From NCBI GenBank assembly GCA_043228905.1, contig JBHGNT010000001.1, positions 27,466,001-27,530,000 on the forward strand: a DNA stretch of 64,000 nt. The letters run 5' to 3'. This DNA comes from Azolla caroliniana. Its lineage: Eukaryota; Plantae; Polypodiophyta. Positions 10,150-22,600 of this stretch are shown piece after piece; the stretch's first letter is position 1; the number at the start of each line of letters is the position of its first letter. The translations under genes and the position numbers were made by a program. The notes below the pieces were generated by a model. It saw only the letters and a program-made list of their open reading frames with translations, was not told the origin of the DNA and searched no databases.

Positions 10150-11126
10150 AGTTGTGATAGGGACTTGCTTATCAATGTCTTTCGTAATTTTTGGGCAATT
10201 TTTTGCTAATTGTCCAAATCAAAAACATTGATTTGGTAATCCCTTATACAAAATTTGTTGAGAAAATGATTCCTGCCTTCGGTCAAGTAAATTGGGCAAC
10301 AATATATTTGAGAGTAGAATTGTGGATTTAGAAATCAAAAGTTTTATAGATGCAACTCCCATTGAGTTTTCTTCGATCTGACAGGGCTTATCATAAGTTT
10401 TGAAAATCGTACCAATATTACCAACAATTAGATGCACGAAAGGCATCCATTCTTTACGCAAATTGGGAAATAGCACCATACATGTATGATATAAATCTAA
10501 ATCATGAAGTTATTGATTTGCGGAGAAGTTGTGAATTCATTTATGGAAGGAGACCCATCCTCCCTTGACTGCCACAACTTTCTTCTCCAGCAAGATCGAC
10601 ACCATTTGTTCCAGCTCGAACTCCACCCGATAATAATTCCGTCCAAGCATCTGTACATCTGTGATGTTATCAATCTCTTGGTTTAATGCCGCTTGCAACA
10701 ATAAACGAAGGTCAATGCATCCAGGACAAATGCCCAAAACATGTGCAATGATAGTCCTCTTCTCTATACATTGTATCTCTCTTACGACTTGTGCTCGATC
10801 CTATTCTGGAGCTTTACTACATTGTTCAAAATAGGCGAGATGTATGGGTTCGCTACACGGGAGCCCCAATTAGACTGTTCGCAACGGCGCAACAACTGCT
10901 CCATATTCGCAAGTGTATCGAGGAAGGCTGTCAGCTTTTCTGCAGCTATTATGGCAAGCGCAACAACCCCTAAACCTACCGTGGTAGGATTTGAACACCC
11001 ATTGACAACAGTTGGTTGAGCGACAACAGATTGAGTGATGTTTGGCTGAGCTACAACAGGTATGCCTGCTGCCGGTTGAGCATTAGCAGGCGCTATGGCG
11101 TTCTTCATCGGTTGCCTAACATGCAA
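10150..11126 (-). mobile_element. L1-type LINE ORF1 remnant (DUF4283-like region plus decayed zinc knuckle)
   Basis: Minus-strand peptides ITDVQMLGRNYYRVEFE...GGWVSFHK, VLFPNLRKEW...IVGNIG and QQILYKGLPNQCF*FGQL match the plant LINE ORF1 layout. Multiple stops. Confidence 0.75.
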
Positions 11127-13222
11127 ATTATGGATTTATGGGCTTATACTATACAAATTTTCTCTAAAAACTATATACTTTTACATATGTTATTAATTTG
11201 GGTTAGATGCTAGGATGTGTGTTATGAGAGGTGGAGAGTGTTGGTTCAACATGACCTTTTTTGCTTCATGTACCTCTTCATATATAAGTAATATAATAAG
11301 AACATAACTATCATAGTGCAAGGTGGAAGGGACAATATCATGGAGCATGTCGACCTGAATCAATCCCTCGATTGTTAGTTGGACCGACACCTTCAACGCA
11401 GGCAACCGATGTTATGAATGCACAAGGGGTGACATAGTCAAGACCCGATTCGTGAGAGGCTTGACAACCGGATCTCCTCGCTTCCAGGAGATGTAGACGT
11501 TGATTGCAAGCTTTACTCTCTAGTATGTCTGGGAAGCACGTTGTCGCAATGACGTGTGTGCGTGTGCTACTCGAGTCGGACCTGGGGGTCTTAGATCAGG
11601 GAGTTAGTAAGGTGGAGTAGATCGAAAATTCTCTCTTCACAAAGAAAGCTCCTTGTCAGGCAAAAGCTCGTCAACACGAGTGCATGAGGGGGCAACAATA
11701 GGAGCAAGAAAACCAACTCATGTACGAAATAGAGGTTAGCATGCGAATAATGATTAGACACGAGGTTAGGATTAACGACATTGCACTAACAAAAGCTAAG
11801 ATTTACAAAAGGAATATGTCAAAGGATTAGGGCTTATGAACCACAATAAGGGATTACAATGGTGGTAACTTCAAGTCAACCACAACCACAAACATGAGTC
11901 AAAACCGAAGAATCTCATTAGGAGGGAAAACGACATTAAACAATGAAACACCGAGCTTGAAACCACAAATCAAATGGCAAAAATCGAACACATTTGCATT
12001 AAATGCAAATGTCCCTTTCTCAATATTTAAAGTAAATAAAGAATATTATTAAAAGCAAACATTCTAGAAAGAATCAAACTCTACACGTCTGACACATATT
12101 GAATGACCCTATTCACTAGACCATTCAATTTTATTAATTCTTTAATACCACTTTCTATTCATACTTTTTCTCCCACTCCTTCACTCCATCTCTTATCCCA
12201 TTTTCACCCGCATTTCCTACCTTCGGCACGTCACATTGTGACAACGTTGGTTGAGGATATTCCAAAATCTCGTTATGACCCCTAGTGGAAGTGATCACGG
12301 AGGTATGGTTCAAGATTTTAAGTTGCCTACAAGGGTATTTTGACGAGGTTTGCAACGTAGGCCAAAACAACTAAGATGGCCCGTTCCAACGATGTGATCA
12401 TTGTCCGCTTTCATTTTTGGTAGAAATGGAGGAGCACGCCAATGGTGACACACAGAGGAAACAACTTGAGGTGGAACTACCAGCCCCCCCCATTGACTGT
12501 TTCCCCCTCACCTCACCTCCCACCCTCCCTCCGTGGAAGGTTGGGGGATCTGGTTTGTGCTGAGCAATTATGGAGGTTAGTATTCTTACACATGCATACA
12601 AGAGTGCACACACATGTTCAACGAGCTAAGCATACATATTTACTCATACAAATTGAAAGACATCATAATTATACAATTTAACTAGAGAGATTGGGTGTTG
12701 GTGAATGATAAGAAATTCAATCACCACATTAGTTTCTAGAATATTTGCATGTTGACAATGTCATAATGTGGTGTACGGGAAGGGAGAAAAACACAAGAAT
12801 TGAGGGTTTATTGCGCATGGTGCAAGAGTGGTTATTGATTTGTTGGAGTTCTTGCCTGAGTGAGGAAAGGAAGGGGGATCTTGAACAAGAAGAGAAAGCA
12901 GGAAAGGGTGTGGAAAGCCATAAGATAACAAAAGGCGCGACAACTCGGGGCCACCAAAACTGATTGTTCTACCTTCTAGTTTATTTCCTATTTCTTTGTA
13001 ATCGTTTATTTGCGTTGGCCATTTGTGATCATTCATTGTAAACCCTATCTTAGAAAGGGAATATCTTGGTAAACAAATCAACAAGGTTCGTCTCGATCTC
13101 AAGAGTTTGTTGTTTGAAGCAGGGGTAATTAAGCTTAATCCCCGTTATCCTTGTGTAATCACGTTAAGTGGAGGGAAAGAGAGTGAGAGAGAGATTGATT
13201 CCTGGTGTTGGTGAGAACACCA

Positions 13223-13355
13223 TTCCTCGAATTGTTTGCTTGAAGCAATATCTCGAACTAAGGTATGTTTGAGCCTAGTTTCTTCGAACCAAGGTTTTTG
13301 TTGAGCCAAGGTTCCCCTGAACCACGGTTTAGTCAAGCTAGGATTCCTCGAATCA
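13223..13355. repeat. degenerate ~30-bp tandem repeat upstream of the SPEF2-like gene
   Basis: TTC(C/T)TCGAA(C/T)...GAGCC-type units recur about five times. Confidence 0.6.
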
Positions 13356-13696
13356 AAATCATTTCTCAAAAAGAGGGGGGGGGGGGGGGGGGAATTACAC
13401 AGAGGGTTCTAAATCTTCTTCTCTTCTGATGGGAAGGTGCCAAGTTCAACAGGATGAGAAGGAAACATGGGGGAGGGGCATTTTGGGGAAATAAAGGGGA
13501 AGTGTAGGGAGGGCTATTATTGTAATTATTAATTACATAATTAATTCGATGTCTTCTCCTCTGATGATGCCTTTTGCTCTGTATCATGAACCTGCAACTG
13601 CAACTGCCCCTCCCATCTCTTCGTTGTTTCGTCGTCGTCGACCATTCCATCGCGGGTTTTTGATCTGTGCAGCTGAAGCTACCCATCCATACAGCC

Positions 13697-16600
13697 ATGG
13701 ATCATCACGGTTTCGTTCCATGGATGCCTGCTTCTGCACACCCTCACGACCCTAAAACCTCCAAGCAGCGCCGCGAAGAGGCCCTCCTACAGCCTTTCTA
13801 CGAAGAGGAGAGACGCCAGGTCTATATCCACAACTCTCCCTCCCTCCCTCTTTCCATATATTGTTCTTTTTGATGATGATGAAGACTAATTCCACCTCTC
13901 CTTTCAATTCTATTACCGTATATATTGTCTCTATGGTTCTACGATGACGATTGTTGTCACTCTGGCTCTATGATGAGGAAGATGACGAGTACAATAGAAA
14001 AATTGTCCTTTCACTTAAAATTATTGCTGAATGTTGTTTTGCGCTGCTATCTGCACATGATGAAGATGATGAAAAACAGCGTTCATTCCATTTCAATTCT
14101 TGCCAAATGTTGTCATTTGTTGTTGTTATCTGCTCTCCCCTATGTATGAATAGCAGAAGCAGAGGCTTGAGGTATTGACTGAGAGGTAGCTCTATGATGA
14201 ACAAACTTTTTGCATTCCCGTTAATTCCTTATGCCAAGTTGCATTTCTCTGAGTGGATGGTGATGATGAAATGTACCATTGGTTTTCCAACTATATTCCA
14301 TTACACATGTGTTTGTGTAAGATTTTCATTATTACATCTGCTGTGACAGCTCCATTTCTGGCATCTGGATGAGGATGAGGAACTGTAAAAATTCCATTTT
14401 TGTGCCCTGGAAAAGGAAGGCGGAAATATCTACCTTCAAATATTTTTCATTTTCCGCCTGAGTATGCTCGACCTCTCGCCGCCTTTCACAGCTCAGCCGT
14501 TTCTACACCTGGATGATGATGAAATGCTGCTTCAAATTTACACTCTCTTTTCTTCACATCTGCTTACATGAATGGTTTTCAACATGTCTCGTACCATTTG
14601 TGTGTCTGGATGAATGGAAGATTAAACATTCCCTCAAGTTTCTCTTCACATTTGGTTGCCCCACCACTGCCCTGCGCCTGGATGAGAATGCTGGTGAAAT
14701 TGGCTTTCAAAGTCTTCACTTTCTCGGCATCCTGTCTTCTCATGGATGCTTTTCCCCACTTTCCTGTGCTTGAGTGATAATTAAATGCTGCTTCAAATTT
14801 ACGCCTTCTGCTCGCAAATGTTTTGTTTCTGTTCCCAGATGAAGATGATGGTAGAAGACACCTTCATATTCACACTTCCGTCTCTAGTTTCTGCAGTTGG
14901 GTATTTTTCTTTTCGCACTTCGGCTTGGAAATGCTTCTTTAATCTTGGTCAAGACTCAACATTAATGTTTACCCTATGAAATTCATGCTCCTATTTGTAA
15001 AGAAGATGTTTGTCTGACTGATTTCCTTGGAAATTCATACTGCTCTGTCTTAGTATGTGCTTTTTGTCATCCTTGAAAATTCCTACTACTATTTGTGATA
15101 ATTCTTGTTATCTGAATGATCTAAAAATATGAAAACGAGAGATAAAAGAGGCAGAACACATTCCTTCCATGTTGGAAAGTCCTGGTATAGTTAGTCTACT
15201 GTTATCTCGATGAGAATGGAGAAGCACAATAGCAAGAGCTTTATATTTAAGCTTATCCAGAATGGTGAAAAATTATAAGCTGTCATAGGGCTGCTTCTAA
15301 TTTGACCAATGAGCACATGCTCACTTTCTGATTAGAAAGAAATTAGTATCTAAGTAATATAATTAGTAGAAATAATTTCCTAATTATTGTAAACTAATCC
15401 TCATAAGCTCACTTTTTTTGAGCTATAACTATATGCTTAGTCTTCATGCGTATGTGCTGGAGGAACCTCACTTTGACATATAGTAATTGTGAAATAAACA
15501 ACCATATCTTTTAAATTTCTAATGATTGTATCCTTATTAAGAATGTTAAAGTCCTGAAAAGTGAAGGTAAGCTTGTTGATAGTTGAATGAGCTTCAGAGT
15601 TTGATTATGGAGGATGATGTTGGCTTTCAAAGTGGTTCAATTTATTTCAGAATTAAAACTTTTTAATGCATCTTTCATTTATATTTTATATTATTATTCT
15701 AGGCTTTTGATTGTACACATCTAATTTTCATCACTGAATTCATATGTTGAGTGATTGCTTCTACTACACTGTTTTCCATCAGTTCTCTTTGGAGTAATCC
15801 AAATAACTATAGTTATTATCGTATTTTATTATTATTATCAGCTTTATCTTCTTTCATTGGCCTCTAGGAAGATGCACAAAGGAGTCATAAACTTAAAAAC
15901 ATGGAAGCAGTGCGTCAAATGCGTGAGAATCGAAGAAAATTGATTCATCAAGTAATGTGTATGGGGAACATTGATTCATCATGTACAGTTTTTTGAATTT
16001 GTTTTATGTAGTATAATATAAAATGGTTTTATGTGAATTCAGAATTTCCAAGAAAATGCGAAGAGGAGAAGAATACAAGAATTATGCGCATTTTCAATGC
16101 ATGCATCTCTTTTGGTATGAAATGCATGTTTTTACTACTTCATATTTAAATTTCATTGTAAATGTGAAATTAATAATGTGAATTGTTTGCAGACATCCTG
16201 GAACCTTTTGGAAAATCAAGACTATGATACAAAAGTGGGTGTTTTCGAGAAGGTCTTGGAGCTGTCTCAAACCATACAAACAATCATTATAATCTTGGAA
16301 ATCACATGAAATAAGATACTGCGGAATATGTGAAAGTGCATAATAATTTTATAAAAACATATTTCAGTTATGATGGTTTTGTGGCCAAATGTTTTACATT
16401 TATTAGTTTGAAATGGTATTTAGCCTATAATCATTAAAATTTTTTCTTCATTATCTATGGAAAAATTCTATAATCTTTGTATACCTGTAGAATGATTCTC
16501 AAAAGGTTGTTCACCAGTATTATGACATTTTCTGGTGATTGTAGCGTAGATGTCAAGTCAAGAGGATCTTGAACTAAATGTTGACCGGATAAATTTTGAA

Positions 16601-19600
16601 AAAGATTTAAAGCTCTTTGAGAGTAAAGGCTATGCATTGGGTGAAGAGGCTATGATTGACTTATCCACAGATTCAAGCAAGGAAAAAGGGAAAGTGAAGA
16701 AGAAAGATAATAACAAAATAGTAAAAGAAACTAAAGGATTGAAGAAGGTAAAGTCTGAAGCAAAGAAATTTGGTTTTCAGAAAGATTACTGAAACTGAAT
16801 GAATTAATGTGGTACTTATTTGGTCGGATCTTTATATGCATCGGATTTGAAATGGCAGGATGGAATTGATCCTTTGGCTGTAATCAAAGAGCGAGTTCTG
16901 ATATCTGAAAGAGAGAGATTGGAAATGGAGCAAAAACAGAAACTGGTAAAGTTTTTATTCTAGATAGCCATAACGCTCTATTTAGTATTGTACATTTATA
17001 ACCATGACGTGATAATCACTTTTGGACTGGTTCTACAAAGTTTCACTCTCTTGAATCTTGGAAAAGACAACTAATGTAAACAGACTAGCTGATTAATGCT
17101 ATTTTTCACAGTGACCGAATTTGCCATTTGGACATGATAAAAACTTGGTTCTTTGGTTCATTTATGAACTCACACCTACTTGTTGGCATTAATGACAAGT
17201 ATATAACTGACATCATAAATAATAGCAGCATTTTGCTGACTTTGCATGGTGAAGTTGATCTCATGATATTTAATAACCATATTATATTTATCATACAGAA
17301 CGCATTGGCCCAAAAGCAAATACAGAAGGAGGTAGAAGAGTCTACGATTAAAGATGAGGAGAATAGAAAGGCTGCAAAAGATATCCAGGAGAGACTGCTA
17401 AGTGAAGAAGAGCTGCGAAAGGAAGAAATTAAAGAAAAAGAACAAACAATACATCGGCTAGAACTTGGGCAACTGTTACTAGAGCAGAGGAATCGGGAAT
17501 GGGAAGCTGTTTTGGCACGAGATCATGAGCTTCTTCTTATGATGAAACATGATCGTGACAACGAGATCAATTTTGAACAGAGTCTCTGGCAGGTAACGTT
17601 TAGAATTCATGAAATTGAGTATATATTTTGTCATAAATATCAGTCATCTAATTATATTTTAGAGTGAGTTTCTTATTGTTCAGTGGTTCTGATCAATTCT
17701 CGTTTTCCATATATAAAGGTGGAAAGGCTGAAGAAACTTGAACAAAAGCAGCTTAAGCATAAGCTATTATGTCAAGAGGTTGTATTGCAGGTCAGCTGAC
17801 TAGCACAATGGTCTATCATTATATTTTTGCATGGTGTATATTTGGTTTTAGAGTCTAATAAATGTTAATACAATTGTTTTTTCAGATTGCAAGCTTGGCA
17901 GAGAATGCTGCATCTTATAAGGAATCCACAAATTGCATTATTTCTAGTATGGAGTGGTGGGAATGGAAAACATTGTTTGTAAAAGGAGCTGTACAGCCTA
18001 TAGTTTTGAGTATTCAAAGCTCACCAACGAATGATACATTGGGAAATGCAGCTGAAGCAATCGAAGAGGTTTTTTTTGAACCAATCTCTATCCCATTGAA
18101 ATTTCTACAGGTGTTTTTTGCATACAATATATGGTTTTATGATTCAAGAATGGCATGAACACTTCTCTTTTACTTTGTAAATCACTTGTCGACTACCATT
18201 TGCGTATGATCTTGACTGCCCATTTTACACATGATTAAGATAGAGAAAAATCAAGTGATACAGAAAGTTGATAGAGAATGAAGTTGGATCAACCAAAAAG
18301 TGCAAAGATGGTCAATTATAAGTCCATCTTCTTACATGGGATAGAACCATGGGTGGTTTTGGCTCCCTTGATTTGGAGACCAATCCAATTGGCAAATCAA
18401 GGCTGATGATTATCAGACACCAAAGAGCTCTCCTCTCTTCAGAGACCGCCCCTTAAACTGAATATTCAATCATCTAAGCTCATGATGTTAAGTGGTGAGC
18501 GAATGAGAATATATGATACCTTAGGCTGTTTTCCTGATTTTGTTATCCATATTTTGGTTCATTCTTGAAGATGAGACAACATTCTTATGATTTAATCTCT
18601 CGTTCAGTCCCATAGGCCTTTTTTCGAAGATGACAATATCTATTTCTGTCTTTTTGCTTCATGCTGTTTAATAATTTGTTTCAGTGAAGTCTGCCTAAGT
18701 TTGAGAATTGATGGGATAGTGGTGTTCTTATGTTGAACAAAAGGTATTGCTATCCCTAAGAAAAGTGCCAACTACGACATGTGTAATTGCACGATTATAG
18801 ATACATCGTACCAGGAAATCTAGATGTATTTTATGAAAGATACATGCTTTATAATGTGGATAATTGCATAGTAGCTCAATGCTGATATGGTCAAACAGGC
18901 AGCAGTATTGGATTATATCAAAGAGAAAGGAGAATGGAAAGTATCTGAACCACTTGGAACCAATAAAGACCTGGGAAAAATATTAATTTCTCTTTTCAAA
19001 ATTATAGATACTGCTTCAAATGCAACACCACCACCATTCCTTGCTTCTATACAACTAAAGTTGGCTGTTGTTGGTGGTCCTTTCACAGGTACACAAGCTG
19101 AAATAATATATATATTTTTTAAATGCGTAATTTTACACTGGGTGTAAATTATTGACTGGATTTCCTTGTGTGTTATTTAACCTCAAATACAAAACATGTT
19201 AGTATGAATATACCCTCAAACATTCAACTTCCATGCCATCTTGTTCGATTGATATCCTTATGTCTATGATTGTGTTATTCAATGTTTGTTTCCTTCTTAA
19301 GAACCAATTAAAAATCCAGTTATGGACATCCTGGTGTGCCTTTACCGCCATATCTACACCCCACATCTTTTTATCAATAATAAAATTCTTCTGATAAGGT
19401 CAAAATGTGATATCTAATCTATGTTCCAAGTTCTGTTGCTGTATTTTACTTTTAGGATTATAGGTTTGTATTTTATGCTTAAGGTTAATTCAGTACTAGT
19501 TTGTCTAATGTTGACACTTTTGTGCATTGGCATCTTGAGAATCATTCTTACTCATGGTCAAGCACATGAATGTGAAGGCTTTCCTAGTTTTGTTATGTAC

Positions 19601-22600
19601 GAATAGTTTGAAAATTTGGACTTACATGATTGTATAGGTTGCCCATCTCTCTGGCTGTTTGGCCTGATGGAATTAAACTTGACAAATGATCATGCTGATT
19701 GGGTCATATTTTTAGGATTACAATTAGGGAGACAAGAAGGGGAAAGGAAAAAGTCACTCGAACATATAGATATACAAATTTAGAAAGCTAGATAATCAGT
19801 TCCTATGCTGCTGCAGTTTTGGGCACCAAACAGCATATTGAAGTAAAAAAGTAATAGAAAGTAACAAGGGGGTGTAATTCATCAAAAGGCAAGGAAAGCT
19901 TGTTAGTTGTTTGACAATATTTCCATGTAGACCAAGTAAAGGGTGGGAGTACAATGTGGATTGAGATTCTCAGTTGATTGCTTGGTTCTTGCACTTATAC
20001 GTGTTGATAACTTGCTGATCAGAGCTTAAGATGCTTTGTTTCTTAACTAAAATGCTGGTCAATTTAAGTAAATTTACTCACCTTGTTCTGTGAACAAACG
20101 TTCCCTGTTGAACAAAATTTCATTGTGTCAGGTTGTGTTCAGGAAAAACCTTTGTATCTAAAGTATTGGAAGAAAAATTTGGCATAGTTCGAATTGAAGT
20201 AGAGAAGATTATTGCATCAGCAGTTGCAGCTGCAGAAACAGGTAGAATTCTCAATGTTTCTGTGACAATTCAGGAGTTTTAAAAATCATGTTAACTTCTC
20301 TCATATTGTCGCAGAAGAGCCCAAAAACTGTCAGGGTGAGGGTGAACTATCACAAAGGTGATATATGATAGATATGATATTCCACGATTTCACCTTTTGT
20401 GCATTGGTTACTTGAATGCCTGCTGATTCCAACTATGCAATGCAGTGCATGCAAAATCAATGATCAAACTGTGATTGACCCAGCTGCATGTTTGCAAGAG
20501 AGCAATGGATTAGAAGACGTAAAAACCCCAAATATTTCACCGAGACTCTCCCTTGCCAGACAAGCACAGGCTGCAGCCTTGAATGGACTACAGGTTTACA
20601 ATTGCTCACATTGAAACACAGTTTTAAAGGAATCAAATTTCATTTCTGAATATTAAGATACATATTTTCTTTCTTGATGTGGTTCCTTTCCAAGATAATC
20701 CTCAAGTCTTCTTGTCAACTAGGTGCCTGATGAAGTGATTGTGAAGCTGCTGCTTCTCACTCTTGAAAACCTCGGCGACTATGGTAACATTGTTGAACTA
20801 CATTCTAGAGTAGATATATGTCCTATGTTGATATTGTGAAGGATTAAATGTTTTTATGCAGCAGCATCCACAGCACTTGAAAAAGATAAGAAAAAGAAGG
20901 AACAATCATCAAAAGATCCAAAAGGAACAAGACCCCAAAAATCTTCTATGCCCTCTTCTCAGGGTAAAGCATCCAAGGAGAAAAATATCTCAATGCAAGA
21001 AACAAATCAACCAATTAAAACAATCAATCCTGGATTTATCTTGGATGGCTTTCCGAGAACACAAAGACAAGCTGTGCTTCTTGAAAAGGCTCTTCGAGGA
21101 CAAGAACTTTGTTTAGAGTCAAATAAATCTGCATATGTGTCAATAATTGCCCCACCACCTGACTCTGTATGTATTTTTGTGAAAAGATACAGTCATATAT
21201 TATTGTAAAAAGTTATTCTGAAATAAATAAATTTGATTTCATAAGAACTATTGCCAAATACAAATGTGATCGAAATGTATATTTGATCCATTTAGGATAT
21301 ATGACTTAATCAAGCCACATAGGAAACTTCAGTATAAGAGGACATATGTTTGAAGATGGATAAGGCATTTAAGGTGGATACATCAAGATTGTCTCCAAAA
21401 CAGCTTGAATTGTCACACTTGGTCATGAACAAAGTGGAAAAGAATAGAGTGATCTGAATTATTATCATTAAATAGGACAATGAAATAACATGGTTAAACC
21501 CTGTGAAACATCTGAATAGGAAAATGGCCGGACCTTAGTCAGTTTTACTACTTAGTTATATTTATTTTGGTTTGTTTTCAAAGATGAAACATCATTTTAA
21601 GATGAAATCTCTTGCTCAATCTCATAAGCCATTTTGGTCTCTTAAAAGTCATTTATATATCTTACTCCTGTGGAAACTGTGTAGATATGAAATGGGGAAT
21701 CTATGCTCTTTATAAATCAGTGTGTGCTCCGAATGGCTTGTCAGAAGTCATGGCTAGCATGACTGTACTTAAGGATGCTCACTGCCACCCACTTTCTTTG
21801 TTGTTTGCGTTGATTAATCAATATGATTGCATATAGATATTGGGTGGTTCGAGAAAATGCTTGGTGTGGATAACCATATCGACTAAAAGAAATCTAGATG
21901 CTTTAAAATCGTTTTGTATTGACAGAGATTTGTTGGTGGACATTGATGAAACTGAACTGATGGTGTTTGAAATCACTCAAGCATGTGTAACAAAATCATA
22001 TCTAGAATTCTTCTTGGGAGAGAAAAGATGACATACACACGATCCTACACATACCTAGGAATAACATTCACATGGCTTGTTGCCTATCCTCAACGTACTT
22101 GTGGATATGCAGCTCTTGGTACCCTTTATAGACATGTGCACACATCCAATTCCAAGAACCATGAACTAAATTGTGGTGGGTTGATAATATTGTAACACCG
22201 ATCCTTCTCCATACTGTAGAAACTTGGGGATTGAGCTTTCATAGGGCAAATAACTGGAATGATTGCAGATGATAAGGATCAGGGAATTGGTGCTCCATGA
22301 TGCATTCTAATTGGAGATATCTTTCTTTTTTCATTCTTTTGTAACAACAATGGAACAAAATGTGATTGATATGCTAATGAATTAAAAATTGCTCTTTGAA
22401 TGTACAATGTATTTCATTCTAGAACACAAATATTTTTATTTATACCATGACAGTTTCAAGTTTCAATTCCCACATCAAGGACCCAATCCTTTTATTGCTT
22501 AGATCATCCATGGACTAACTAAACACTATCTTTGTTCTTCATAACACCATCTCATAAAATCTTCATATTTGGTATACGTACATTGCATGTTCTGGTGATG

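Noticed and set aside
11200-13170. Possible additional solo LTR(s)
   Set aside because: The composition is LTR-like, but I could not fix TG...CA ends with a matching TSD.
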